Assembly: GCA_963818475.1 (NCBI GenBank)
Contig: CAWFSF010000005.1
Coordinates: 288,001 to 352,000 of the forward strand
Source: Nitrospirota bacterium
GTDB taxonomy: Bacteria > Nitrospirota > UBA9217
Direction: 5' to 3'
Length of the DNA stretch: 64,000 bases
Part shown: positions 51,669-62,730 of the stretch, piece by piece
Numbering within the stretch: the stretch's first letter is position 1
How the letters are laid out: each line of letters opens with the position of its first letter
Program-made: the position numbers and the translations under genes
The notes under the pieces: generated by a model
What the model was told of the DNA's origin: nothing
What the model saw: the letters and a program-made list of their open reading frames with translations, nothing else
Database searches by the model: none

Positions 51669-53174
51669 CTATTCCCTCACCACGATCGTCTTCACGTTCA
51701 CGAACTCCTTCAGCCCGTGGTGCGACAGCTCCCTCCCGATGCCGGACTTCTTCACGCCGCCGAAGGGCAGCCGCGGGTCCGACTTCACCATGTCGTTGAT
51801 CGTGACGGTCCCCGCCTCGATCCGCGCGGCAAGCCGCTCCGCCCGGCCGATGTTCCTGCTCCAGATCGAAGCGCCGAGGCCGTATTCGGTCCTGTTCGCA
51901 ACCGCGATTGCCTCGTCCTCGTTCTTAACCACGACGATCGGCGCGATGGGGCCGAAGACCTCTTCGGTCAGGACCTTCATGTCCGGCTTCGTATTGATCA
52001 CCGCGCAGGGAGTAAAGAACAAGCCCTTTGGTGAAGGTCTGTCCCGCCATGAGCACCCGGGCCCCTTTCGCCTTCGCGTCGCGCAGCTGCTCTTTCAGGG
52101 CGTCGAGGATGTCCTTCCTGGCAACGGTGCCGATGTCCGTAGACTCGTCCATGGGATCGCCGAGCTTCATCTCCTTGAGCCGCACCATGAAATGCTTCAT
52201 GAACTCGTCAGCCACCTTGTCCATGACGATGAAGCGCTTTGCCGCGATGCAGCTCTGGCCGGTGTTGATCATGCGCGCATTGGCCGCCGTCCTGCCGGCC
52301 TTCTCCACGTCGGCGTCGTCCAGCACGATGTAGGGGTCAGAACCGCCCAGTTCGAGCACGACCTTCTTGATCCTCCTGCCTGCATGAGCGCCGATCTCCT
52401 CGCCTGCCCGGTTGCTGCCGGTAAGCGACACGGCGTCCACCAGGTCGTCGTCAATGAGCCTCAGCGTTTCCTGCACATCGATCAGCACCGTCCTGAACAC
52501 GTTCTCCGGGAAGCCCGCCTTGGTGAATGCCTCCTCGATCGCCAGCGCCGTCTGCGGCACGTTCGACGCGTGCTTCAGCAGCACCACGTTCCCGGCGGTG
52601 ATCGCCGGAACGCCGAAGCGGAAGGCCTGCCAGAACGGGAAGTTCCAGGGCATGACCGCCAGCACCACGCCGAGGGGCTGGAACGTGACGTAGCTCTTCT
52701 TTGCCTCGGTCTTGATCTCCTCCGGGCAGCAGGAACGAAGCGGCGTTTTCGGCATAATAGTCCGCGAGCACGGCGCATTTCTCCACTTCCGCAAGCGCCT
52801 CTTTGATGGGCTTCCCCATCTCCGTGGTGATGAGCTCCGCATAGCGCCGCTTCTCCGCGCGAAGCACCTCAGCCAAGCTTCTTCAGCAACGCCGCCCGGT
52901 CCGCGACGGGCATCTCCCGCCATTTCTGAAAAGCCTCGCGGGACCGGCCCACCTGTCCGTTCAACTCCACCGTGCTCATGACCGGGTACTTTTTCATCAC
53001 CTCTTCGGTGTAGGGATTGATCGACAGGATCTTCGTCGGTCTTTGTTGTGTTTTTGATTTCGCCAGGGTTGCTTTCATCTTTTTCACCCCCTGTTTCGGA
53101 GGGACGAGATTTTTCGATCTGGAACGCAGTGTTCCATACTTCCTGTTCTCAACGCTTTCTTTCTTCCCAGCCAT
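51669..53174 (-). CDS. NAD(P)-dependent succinate-semialdehyde dehydrogenase-like aldehyde dehydrogenase (several indels)
   Basis: MPWNFP, LELGGSDP, GQSCIAAKR, EEVFGP, PFGGVKKSG. Confidence 0.9.
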
Positions 53175-53240
53175 TCCCGTCCTCCAGTTTTTCGTTGCTG
53201 CCTTTAACTCCAAACGACGAACTCCGAACTCCACAACGCA

Positions 53241-54472
53241 TCACGCTCTCTTCTCCATCGGTTCATACACGCACCCGGTCTTTCCGCAGTAGTTCCCGGT
53301 ATAATCCGACGAAGGCCGGTACAGCGCCGGTTTTCCCTGGGCTTCGCCGAACTTCTCCTCGATGATATGCGCGGTCCAGCCTGCGATGCGGGACACGGCA
53401 AAGATCGGCGTCATGAGATCTGCGGGGATGCCCATCAGGTGATAGACCGGCGCGCTGTAGAAGTCCACATTGGGCTTGATCGTGGTCTTGCCCCGCTTCT
53501 CAAACTCGGCGACCGCCGTTTCTTCGATCTGCGTGGAGAGCCGGTGCCACTGTTCCTGGCCGAGCTTCTTGCCGAGCTGTTCTCCCATCTGCTTCAGGAA
53601 TTTCGCACGGGGGTCCGTGGTCTTGTACACCGCATGGCCCATGCCCATGATCTTTTTGACCGCTGTCGAGCTGCTGCCGCACCCACCCGGCGACGTTCTG
53701 TCTCGTTCTGCAGCTCCTGCAGCATCTTCATGACCCGGGCATTGGCGCCGCCGTGCAGGCTCCCGGAAAGGGCCCCCACGCCCGCGGCAACGCCGGCATA
53801 CATGTGCGCCTGCGTTGACACCACCTCGCGGCAGGCAAAGGTCGAGGCATTGAAGGAGTGGTCTGCGTGGAGCACCAGCGCCGTGTCCAGGTCGCGCGAC
53901 CATGTCCGGATCGGGCTTTTCACCCGTGAGCTGCCACAGGAAATTGCCTGCATGGGACAGCGCATTGTCCGGCGGCAGCGGTTCGCGGTCATGCCGTATC
54001 CGCTGCCATGCCGCAACAACAGCGGCGACTCCGGCGATGAGCCGGATCGCCTTCGCGTCATTGGCTTCCCGCGACTCGTCCTGAAGCTCGGGATCGGCCA
54101 TGGCCAGGAGCGGGATCGGCTGCCTGCAGCACATCCATGGGATTTGCGCCATGCGGCAGGTCCTCGCAGCGTTTGCAGAATGAAGCTCGGCAGCGGCCGC
54201 GCCTTCTCCAGCCGCTGCGTAAAGTCCTTGAGCTGCTCTTCGGCAGGCAGCTCGTCATGCAGAAGCAGATAGGCCGTCTCCTCAAAGGTCGAGTTTTCCG
54301 CCAGTTCTTCGATGCGGTATCCCCGGTAGATGAGGATCCCGTTCTCGCCGTCCACGTCGGAGATCCTCGTGTCCGCCACGGTCACGCCGCGCAGGCCGAT
54401 GTTCTTTGTCGCGATGATCCCGGTCCCCGGTTTTTTTAATGCAGGCCTTCTTGATTGAGATTTTGTAGCCAT
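53241..54472 (-). CDS. gltA: Citrate synthase (several indels)
   Basis: GLRGVTVADT, YRGY, LHADHSFNAST, GSLHGGAN, GMGHAVYK..DPRA, PNVDFY, SRIAGW. Confidence 0.88.
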
Positions 54473-54486
54473 AAATGCCTTCTTTC

Positions 54487-54514
54487 GTACGGGCGGGTAT
54501 AACCCCGCCCCTAC
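54487..54514 (-). repeat. GTAG-type REP-like palindrome
   Basis: GTAGGGGCGGGGTTATACCCGCCCGTAC between the aconitase and citrate synthase genes. Confidence 0.55.
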
Positions 54515-56476
54515 CGGTTTATATACCGCCTCCACCGCTGTAACTGATCCTTCACATAATTCAACGTCCCGCCCGCCAGCAGATGCTTCCGCTGACGGTC
54601 GGACACGTCCAGTATCGTACAGGATCGTCTGCCCGTCAACCTCCACCGGGATCTCCCGTGTCTCCCTGTTCAATGCGCTTCCGCACCTCCGGAAACCGCA
54701 CCTGCATTCCCTTTTCAATGCGGCTCGTAATCCGCCGGGTTCTTGAAGATCAGCGGCAGGATGCCGAAGTTGCAGAGGTTCGACTTGTGGATGCGGGCAA
54801 AGCTCTTGACGATCTTGGCACGCACCCCGAGATAGCCGGGGCGCAAGCGCCGCATGCTCTCTGCTCGACCCCTGGCCGTAGTTCTCGCCGCCGATGATCA
54901 CAACGGAGCCGGCCGCCCTGCACTCTTTCGCGAAATCCGGGTCGATCTGCGAGAACACGAATTCGCTGATCGCCTCGATGTTCGACCGGAGCGGCAGCAC
55001 CCTGTTCCCGGCAGGCATGATGGCGTCCGTGGAGATATCGTCCCCCACCTTCAGCACCACCTCGGCGCTCAGCGTTTCCGGCAGTGCGTCGAGCTTCGGC
55101 AGCGGTTTGATGTTCGGGCCGCGGACCACCTCGGTCTTCCGGAACTCATCGGACGGGAAAGATCACGGACCGGTCGTCGATCATATAGGCCGCCGGGTCC
55201 GCGATCGTCGGATAGGGCATCATTTTCGCCAGGTCCCGCGGGTCGGTGATCACGCCGGTAAGCGCGGCTGCCGTCGCGGTCTCGGGAGAACAGAGATAGA
55301 CCTTGTCGTCCCTGGTGCCGGACCGGCCGGGGAAATTGCGCGGGAAGGTGCGCAGGCTCACCTCGCCGGTGCCCGGCGCCTGCCCCATGCCGATGCATCC
55401 CTGGCATCCCGGCTCATGCACGCGCGCGCCGGCGGTGAAGAACGTCAGCAGGCCGCCCTGCTGCGCAACATTCTCGATCACCTCGCGGCTTCCGGGATTC
55501 ACGTGGAAGCTGGTGTCCGGATGCACGCGGCGGTCCTTCAAGCATCTTTGCCGATACCATCAGGTCGCGAAAGGATGAGTTCACGCTGCTCCCCACAATG
55601 GCCTGGTCGACCTTGATGCCCGCCACGTCCCGCACCGGCACGACATTCCCCGGCGATGACGGCTTGGCGATCAGCGGTTCGAGCTTCGACAGGTCGATCT
55701 CGTCGTTCTCGTCGTACTCGGCCCCTTCGTCGGCCGCGAGCGGGACCCAGGCATGGCCCCGGCCCTGGGCAACAAGATAGTCCCGCGTCCGTTCATCGGA
55801 GGGAAAGATCGACGTCGTTGCTCCGGTCTCGGTGCCCATGTTGCCGATGGTCTCGCGGTCCGTTGCGGAAAGCGTCTGCACCCCCGGTCCGTAGTACTCG
55901 ATGATCTTGCCCACACAGCCTTTGACGTCGTAGCGTCGCAGCATCTCCAGGACCACGTCCTTGGCGCTCACCCAGTCGGGCAGCCTGCCGATGAGCCTGA
56001 CGCCCAGCACCTTCGGGCAGGGCAGATGATAGGGATACCCCGCCATGGCCAGAGCAACGTCCAGTCCGCCCGCTCCGATGCCGAGCATGGACACGCCGGC
56101 AGCTCCCGGCGTATGGCTGTCCGAGCCGAGCAGCGTCTTGCCCGGGACGCCGAAGCGCTCCATATGCACCTGGTGGGAAACACCGTTGCCCGGCTTGCTG
56201 AAATGGATGCCGTATCGCGCAGCGGCCGTCTGGAGGAACTTGTGGTCGTCGGCGTTCTTGTTGTCGGTCTGCAGCAGGTTGTGGTCGACATACTGGGCAG
56301 CAAGCTCCACCTTGACCCGGTCAAGCCCCAGGGCCTCGAACTCGAGCATGGCAAGCGTGCCCGTTGCATCCTGCAGCAGGGTGTGGTCGATCCTGATGCC
56401 GATCTCTTTGCCGGGAACCAGTTCGCCCTCCAGCCAGGTGGGCTGCCAGTATTTTGTGCGTCAGGTTCTGTTTCAT
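54511..56476 (-). CDS. Aconitate hydratase, Aquifex-type (several indels)
   Basis: [62 protein letters not shown]. Confidence 0.9.
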
Positions 56477-56755
56477 GCCATTTCCTTGTTAATCGGGACA
56501 ACAAAACTCCGCTTTTTCAGGCACATCATTTGTGCGCTGCACGAGATACCATGAACAGTAGAAACCTTTTCCAATTCAATTGTATCACGGAGGGGCAACA
56601 TGTCAACGAGATTTAGCGGGGCTGTCAGCGTCAAGGAATGCGTGGGTGAGTGTGGACCTTCCGGAAGGTAAACAATAGATAAAATAACAGGCGCAGAAAG
56701 AGCGAGCAATCTCTCTGCGGCCATCCCGGTCATCGAAGCGTCGTCACAAAGGATC

Positions 56756-57292
56756 TCAGCGCGGATCAGTTTTTTGCTCCATCATCATCTTCATGCGCTT
56801 CATCTTTCTTTTCTCCCTGATCGCCCTCGTGTCATCGTACATATCTTCATAGGCCATCTTCATCGCCTCTTCAAAGGAGGCCATGATCCCCTGGTTTACC
56901 TTTATGAAGTTCTCGGCATCGCTTTTGCTCTCAAAGGCCCACTTTCCTCGTTTTGACATGACCCCCTGTTTGCTCCCGCCAACCACCCAGAAGGCCTTCT
57001 CCGCATCGATAAGATTTTTACTGTTGAAATCTCCCACCTTAATCGACTTCGGCGATTTGTCGATCTTGTTCGCGAGGTCCACGGCAGCACAGTGAATACC
57101 GCAAAAAGGCACTACCGTTCCATCCTCATATTCGATCAGCATCCGCGAGTAGTCGTAGGTCCCTCTGTCCATCCCGCAGTACACGCAGGCTTTATGAACA
57201 GCAATGTCCTCCTTTGCCTGCTGAGCATAGGCGAGCCCGCCCAGCACGAAACATACGGCGACTACCAGGTTCACGAAACGATCCTTCTTCAT
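56756..57292 (-). CDS. NosL-family metal-binding protein
   Basis: CVYCGM, FCGIHC, AFWVVG...GVM...AFESKSDAENF. Confidence 0.85.
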   Translation of the reverse strand: MKKDRFVNLVVAVCFVLGGLAYAQQAKEDIAVHKACVYCGMDRGTYDYSRMLIEYEDGTVVPFCGIHCAAVDLANKIDKSPKSIKVGDFNSKNLIDAEKAFWVVGGSKQGVMSKRGKWAFESKSDAENFIKVNQGIMASFEEAMKMAYEDMYDDTRAIREKRKMKRMKMMMEQKTDPR

Positions 57293-57436
57293 TGCACGCC
57301 TCCTTATATGAGTTGGTCTGTTGTGCGGCGCTGGCGCCGCCTGTCAAGCTGCAGCATGTTTTGCGCCCTTGAATGAAAAAACAAGGAGAGGATCGTTCCT
57401 CTCCTTGTGCCGGTCCTGCTGCATATTTCACCAGCA

Positions 57437-57862
57437 TCACCGGTGACGTTTCTGCATATGTTCTTCAATGTGCTTGACAAGTTTCTCACGCTGTTCCGGT
57501 GTGAGCATGTCGTGGATCTCCGTGAACTTGGCAGTGATAAAGCTGATCATGTCGTTCGCCTGTGCCTGGTTCTTTTCGGTCAGGGCATTCAGCCTGGTTT
57601 TGTCGATCTCCGCACTTCGCATGAGCTCATTTGCTTCTTTCACGGTCTCTTCGCGCAGTTTTGGCATTTCAGCGCGCTTGGCAAGGAATTCGTTCTTGAT
57701 CTTTTCAAGCTGGGCCTTCTGCACCTCATTCAGGCTGAGCTCCGCTGACATGCGCTTCACCAGGTACTCCGCCCGCTGTTCCGGGGTATGGTGGTAACAT
57801 GCGGCAAGGAACAGGGCAGTCAGCGCTGCCATTACGATCAGGATGATAGAATTCTTCTTCAT
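57437..57862 (-). CDS. Spy/CpxP-family lipoprotein
   Basis: Lipobox LAAC; LSLNEVQ and LTPEQR motifs. Confidence 0.82.
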   Translation of the reverse strand: MKKNSIILIVMAALTALFLAACYHHTPEQRAEYLVKRMSAELSLNEVQKAQLEKIKNEFLAKRAEMPKLREETVKEANELMRSAEIDKTRLNALTEKNQAQANDMISFITAKFTEIHDMLTPEQREKLVKHIEEHMQKRHR

Positions 57863-57971
57863 GGCTCTCCCTCCTTTTTTGTATTGATCCATAAGATAAG
57901 ACAGAATCTGATATATCCTGCCTGTATCAATTGTAACACAGCTCGGGAATCGATCAGGTTCCTGGCCTTGT

Positions 57972-58703
57972 CTACTGCATCTTCCGAATCCTGACCTCTA
58001 TGCCGGTGTCGTTCTTGAGCAATTCAATAAGCCGGGCGGTGTCCGTATCGCCAAAATGATAGGGGTAGAGCACCCTGGGTTTGAACGCTTTTGCCGCATC
58101 AGCGACCATTTCGGGCGTCATGGTATACGGCAGGTTCATCGGCAGAAATGCGTAGTCGATGTTCCGAAGCGCCTTCATCTCGGGAGTATTCTCCGTATCG
58201 CCGGCAATATAGACCCGGGTGCTGCCGAAGGTCAGCACATAACCGTTGCCCTGCCCTTTGGGGTGGTACGGCTGGCCGTTCTCGCGTTTGTGCACCAGAT
58301 TATAAGCCGGCACTGCCTCGACCATGATCCCCAGGACCTGCCGAACATCGCCATTCTTCATGGTGATGCCGCCAGGCACCTTCTCCGCAGATGCCGCCAT
58401 GAGCACGACCGTGGTTTCCTTTGTGCGTATGGCCTGGAGCGCTCCGGGATCGAGATGGTCCCGATGCTCATGGGTGATCAGGATCGCATCTGCCTTCGGC
58501 AGCATCGCATAATCGGTCAGCTTGCTGAACGGATCGACATAAATGATCTTGCTGCCGAACTTCATCATGAGCGACGCATGGCCGATGAACGTTATCTCCA
58601 GGTCACCGGAAGCTGTTTTGATCACATCTTTTTCAAAGGGCTCCCCGGCCATGGCGGGTGCCGCGCATACCATCAGCAACAGTGCTGCGAGCATGATCTT
58701 CAT
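57972..58703 (-). CDS. MBL-fold metallo-hydrolase
   Basis: GHAS, THEHRDH, AGDT, YPYH. Confidence 0.9.
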   Translation of the reverse strand: MKIMLAALLLMVCAAPAMAGEPFEKDVIKTASGDLEITFIGHASLMMKFGSKIIYVDPFSKLTDYAMLPKADAILITHEHRDHLDPGALQAIRTKETTVVLMAASAEKVPGGITMKNGDVRQVLGIMVEAVPAYNLVHKRENGQPYHPKGQGNGYVLTFGSTRVYIAGDTENTPEMKALRNIDYAFLPMNLPYTMTPEMVADAAKAFKPRVLYPYHFGDTDTARLIELLKNDTGIEVRIRKMQ

Positions 58704-58884
58704 AGTTTCTCCTCGTTCATGTGTCCCTCGGGTCATCGCCCTCGTTCCTTATCGAACATACAGACAAGTTAATTTTATTATAGCATGAGGACAATGCCGG
58801 GCCTGCCGGTCATCCCAAAGGAGTACTGTAATGGGACGAGGTGCGGTATTGTACACAATAAACCGGGCCGGCCCCTGATCTTCC

Positions 58885-58912
58885 TTGACACCTGCGGTGA
58901 ACGAGCTATACT
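58885..58912 (+). promoter_or_regulatory. Putative sigma70 promoter
   Basis: TTGACA-N16-TATACT. Confidence 0.55.
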
Positions 58913-58980
58913 TTAATCAGAAAGAGGAGTTGTTTTGTCCTGTTAATCGATTCAGTAAAGATTCACCAAGGAGGAACGCC

Positions 58981-59307
58981 ATGGCAACCGCAATTGAACT
59001 AAAAGAGAAGGTTTACTTCGATGCAGTGTATACCGCGCTCGAAGAGATCAAGATGAAACTATTCGTACTACGGGAGGAACTTGCAAAAACGTACGGAAAG
59101 GACAGCAAGATGTTTCTGGAGCATGAGCGGCATCTGATCGATATGGCAGAGTATATCGACTGGAAGCGTAATGTGCTTGAAAAAGGAACGTCCTTTGACT
59201 GGAAAATTGCGAAAGGGGACAGACCGGACATTGAGAGCGATGTTTCAGTACGGCCACCCGAGAACCGTACGGGACCGGATTTTTCCGGCGGGTATATCGG
59301 TGGGTGA
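58981..59307 (+). CDS. Hypothetical protein
   Basis: AAGGAGG RBS, upstream promoter and downstream terminator. Confidence 0.75.
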   Translation: MATAIELKEKVYFDAVYTALEEIKMKLFVLREELAKTYGKDSKMFLEHERHLIDMAEYIDWKRNVLEKGTSFDWKIAKGDRPDIESDVSVRPPENRTGPDFSGGYIGG

Positions 59308-59332
59308 TAGATGAGCAACTATCGCGTGTTCA

Positions 59333-59364
59333 AGGCCGGCGGCGAAGATACCGCCGGTTTTTTT
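59333..59364 (+). terminator. Intrinsic terminator
   Basis: GCCGGCGG...CCGCCGGT followed by a T-tract. Confidence 0.65.
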
Positions 59365-59445
59365 ATGTGGGTCCGGTCGGATCAGGTGACGGAAAAGCGT
59401 GATGATAAGCATAGATCCGCCCGGAACGGTTTATGGGGACGTGAG

Positions 59446-59628
59446 ATGACTCAGAATCCTGCCGGGGAATGCCCGGTATGCAAGCTGCCGCTTAAAGAGT
59501 GCCTCTGTTGTCCTGAGTGAGGCCATGTCTGCCCCCTGGACGAGGGGGAAAGTTACTGCCCGATCTGCTCTCCCGATCCGGCATCGCCGGTACGGCCGGA
59601 TCAGGTGGTCAATCCCGACGGCGGGTAG
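59446..59628 (+). CDS. Candidate small Cys-rich selenoprotein (Sec at codon 25)
   Basis: MTQNPAGECPVCKLPLKECLCCPE-UGA-GHVCPLDEGESYCPICS...; SECIS-like hairpin at 59532-59548. Confidence 0.6.
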
Positions 59629-59688
59629 TGCTCATTTTTTGGATAACAAAACAGGAGCTGTTTCAGGTTGCTGCTTTTGACATGAACT

Positions 59689-59952
59689 TTAGAGCTCAAG
59701 TGCTTCCCGGACTTTTTGAGCGACTTCGTCGTCCTGAAGATAGGCAATCGCCTCAATGAAGTCGGCGGGAGCTGCCTTTTTTTTCATATCAGCGGTCAGC
59801 GTATTTATTAACGACTTGCGCTGGGAAAGCGGCAAGGCAAGAATGGCTTTCAGTGTCTCATTCATCGCTGCATTTTCCCGGGCGGCAAGGATCATGGTTA
59901 CAAAACTGGCATTGCCTCCTACTGACCCCGGCTGATTACGAGATGACTTCAT
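59689..59952 (-). CDS. Hypothetical protein
   Basis: 87-aa helical ORF with plausible composition. Confidence 0.55.
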   Translation of the reverse strand: MKSSRNQPGSVGGNASFVTMILAARENAAMNETLKAILALPLSQRKSLINTLTADMKKKAAPADFIEAIAYLQDDEVAQKVREALEL

Positions 59953-60062
59953 AGTATTCTCTTAGAACACACAGGTGAGAAACTCTGCTTTTCGCATCAT
60001 TCTCAACGCAGTTCTTTTCTTTCTTAATTCGGAAATCCATACGTAAAGCAAACTGACCTATT

Positions 60063-60398
60063 TCAAGGTTCAAATACACTACCCGTCGCGGTCTCGTTCA
60101 CCCAGTCCAGGTACTCCTTCGAGCCCGCGACGATCGGCAGCGCGATGATCTCGGGAACGCTATAGGAGTGGAGCTGTTTCACCCGGTCGATGATCCGGTC
60201 CATGAGCAAGGACCGGCTTTTGCAGATCATGAGCGTTTCCTGCTCGTCCCGGGTCTTGCCGTCCCAGAAGAAGAGGGACCGGACGCCTCCGACGATGTTC
60301 GCGCAGGCGACGAGATGCTCTTCCACGAGCGCCCGGCCGATCTTCGCGGCCTCATCAGCCGAACTCGTTGTGATCATGACAACCACCTCGTCTCCCAT
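60063..60398 (-). CDS. cutA: Divalent cation tolerance protein CutA
   Basis: LVACANI, SLFFWDG, HSYSVPEIIALP. Confidence 0.95.
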   Translation of the reverse strand: MGDEVVVMITTSSADEAAKIGRALVEEHLVACANIVGGVRSLFFWDGKTRDEQETLMICKSRSLLMDRIIDRVKQLHSYSVPEIIALPIVAGSKEYLDWVNETATGSVFEP

Positions 60399-60416
60399 GG
60401 CATCCTCCCTGCTGTG

Positions 60417-62489
60417 CTACAGCAGCTTCATATCACCCAGGCCCTTGAGATCCAGGGTCATCATGTACTGTGTCTCGCCGGGCCGTTTGATGTACGAGAC
60501 GCCGAATCCCCAGCACTGCGACGCATAATGCGCACCGTATTCCTGCTGTGTTGTTTTCTTGTTTTCCAGATCGCGCCAGAGCTGCGTATTGAAATGCCAC
60601 TGGTCGACCGTGAAGCCGGCGCCACCGATCAGAAATTCGGTCCGGAGGTTGCCGGGTACCTGACCCACCGGCGTTGCCTTCAGATACCGGTGGGTCACAT
60701 CAAAATTCATCCCCTCGGTGGTCACTCCGAAGCTCAGGTTCGACGACGTAAGGCTGTTCGTGTAGGTATTGTACGTGCCGTTGGCGGAGACGCTCAGCAG
60801 CTTCGGGGTCCTCCAGAAGAGCTCGCCCGTGATCTCGGAGCGGGATTGGGAGGAGGAAATGGTTCCCGCTGACTTCAGTTCATAGGACTGGGCCAAACGG
60901 AAGACCATCATGTCATAGGTGCGGAATCCTGACGCATCCTTATAATGGGCAGTCAGCCGGTTGACCAGCACGGCGGTGACCCTGTTCTGCTTCGTCACCG
61001 TGTCCACGGCATCGAACTGGCGGATATTCGGAAGTCCGGTCGCCGGATCCGTTTGCTCGACCTGCGGTATATAGGAGTACGAGAGGGTCGGTTCGACCGA
61101 GTGCCGTATCCGTCCGATCCCGGACTCGGCATCCTGGCCGTAGACCCGCGAGATGCGGGCATTCAGGTCCGCACCGGCAAAGGAGTAGGTTCGGCTCACG
61201 GGCTCGGCGGCCAGCGCTCCTGCACCTCTGCTGTAGTAGGTCGTCCTCACGCCGGCCCGCGGGGTAAATCCGAGGCCGCCGCCGCCGAATGCCGCGGTGA
61301 GCTGCGGCCCGATATCCACGCGCCGCACGCCGTCGCCCTCCGCCACCGAAAAATTGACTGCCGACCCGTCAAGGCTGAGATGAAGGGGCCCGGCGATCTT
61401 TTCCTGAAATATGGTATAGCGAAGTTCGGGCAGCTTCTGAGGTGTTTCCCTGTTGTCCTGCGTGAGATTGACGGAGTACTGTCCGAGCAGGTACAGGGAG
61501 GCCGTGTCCCAGCGCTCGACATAGAACGCGTTCGAATCAAGATAGGGCAGGGACCGCAGTTCGAGCTTGCGCTCAAGATCACGATAGTAGAACTCGTCGC
61601 TCACGAGCTTGATATCGGCGCGCATCGAAAGGTCTTCGGCGATCTCCTCGTCGTGCTCGAACTTGAACTCCCACCGCGAGGCGGAAGAATGAATGGTGTC
61701 GAAAATAGTTGTAAGAGATGAGGCCCTGGGAGTCCCGGGAATTCACATAGCGGTACTCGATGCCCGTGCCATGGCCGTGCTGGGATCGATAATCGGACGT
61801 AAACGTCATGTCCTGATAATCCGATATGGCCCAGAACAGGGTAATTCTTCATCAGGAAGCCTTCACTGCTGCTGTAGCCGAGCATCGGGCATGAGCAGGC
61901 CGCTCTGCCGCCGCACCGGGAACAGGAGATAGGGCGTATAGAATACGGGCAGCCCGGCCATGTTGAACGAGACGCCGTTCGCCGTGGCATAGCGTTCCAG
62001 GTCGACGTCGATCCGGTCGGCTTTCAGGTACCACTCCTCCTTGTCGCACGTCGAGAACGTTCCGTTCTCGATCCGGTAGACGGTCTCGGAGTCCCGCTCG
62101 ATCTTCTCTCCCTTCAGATGATAGTTGTCCTTCTCCAGAAAGAGATCGCCCTGGGTGATGCTGGCTGCGCCGGTATTGATGTTGACCGTAATATGCTCAG
62201 CGCTGATGACGTCTCCCAGCTGGTTAAGAAACACCTTGCCTTCGGCCACGGCCTCGCCTGTCTTGTTGTTCAGCACGATACGGTCGGCCTGGAGCAGCAT
62301 CCCTTCCTGCTCGATCCTCACGTTGCCGACCGCGGTATAGACATCGCTTGTGCGGTCATAATCGAGCTTGTCCGCATTCACCTTGACCGGAATTTTCTTC
62401 GGTTCCTCGGCGCAGGCATGGCGGGAGAGGCCGGTCAGGATGCCGGTGCTCAGGAGAACGAATACTATGCACATGGTCGCGAACTTCAT
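60417..62489 (-). CDS. lptD: LPS assembly protein LptD (several indels)
   Basis: OstA N-terminal domain (NADKLDY, FSTC, PVFYTPY...RQSGLLMP); beta-barrel with QCWG and terminal LDLKGLG. Confidence 0.88.
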
Positions 62490-62730
62490 ATCAGGTTCAT
62501 CCTAAAAAACTCAACTATGCAGGTGTTGAGGCTGAAGACTGAAGGTTCTTCAAAAAATTCAACTGCGATACCTGGTAACCCAATTCAAGGGTCCTTATTC
62601 TGTAACTATATCAGGTTGAATGTTGTAAGGCTAAAGGCGGCAAAATGGGATGCCCGACCTTTCTGGTTCGGATTTTCTCATGTGTTTGAACTCACTCTTC
62701 GGCCTTCAGTCTATCCACCTGAATAGTAAC

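Noticed and set aside
56756-57292. NosL as evidence of a nitrous-oxide reductase cluster
   Set aside because: No nosZ/D/F/Y in the window; stand-alone NosL-like proteins are common.
57428-57439. Spy/CpxP gene ending HR-TGA-CW-TGA as a possible selenoprotein
   Set aside because: No hairpin at SECIS distance and no supporting redox motif.
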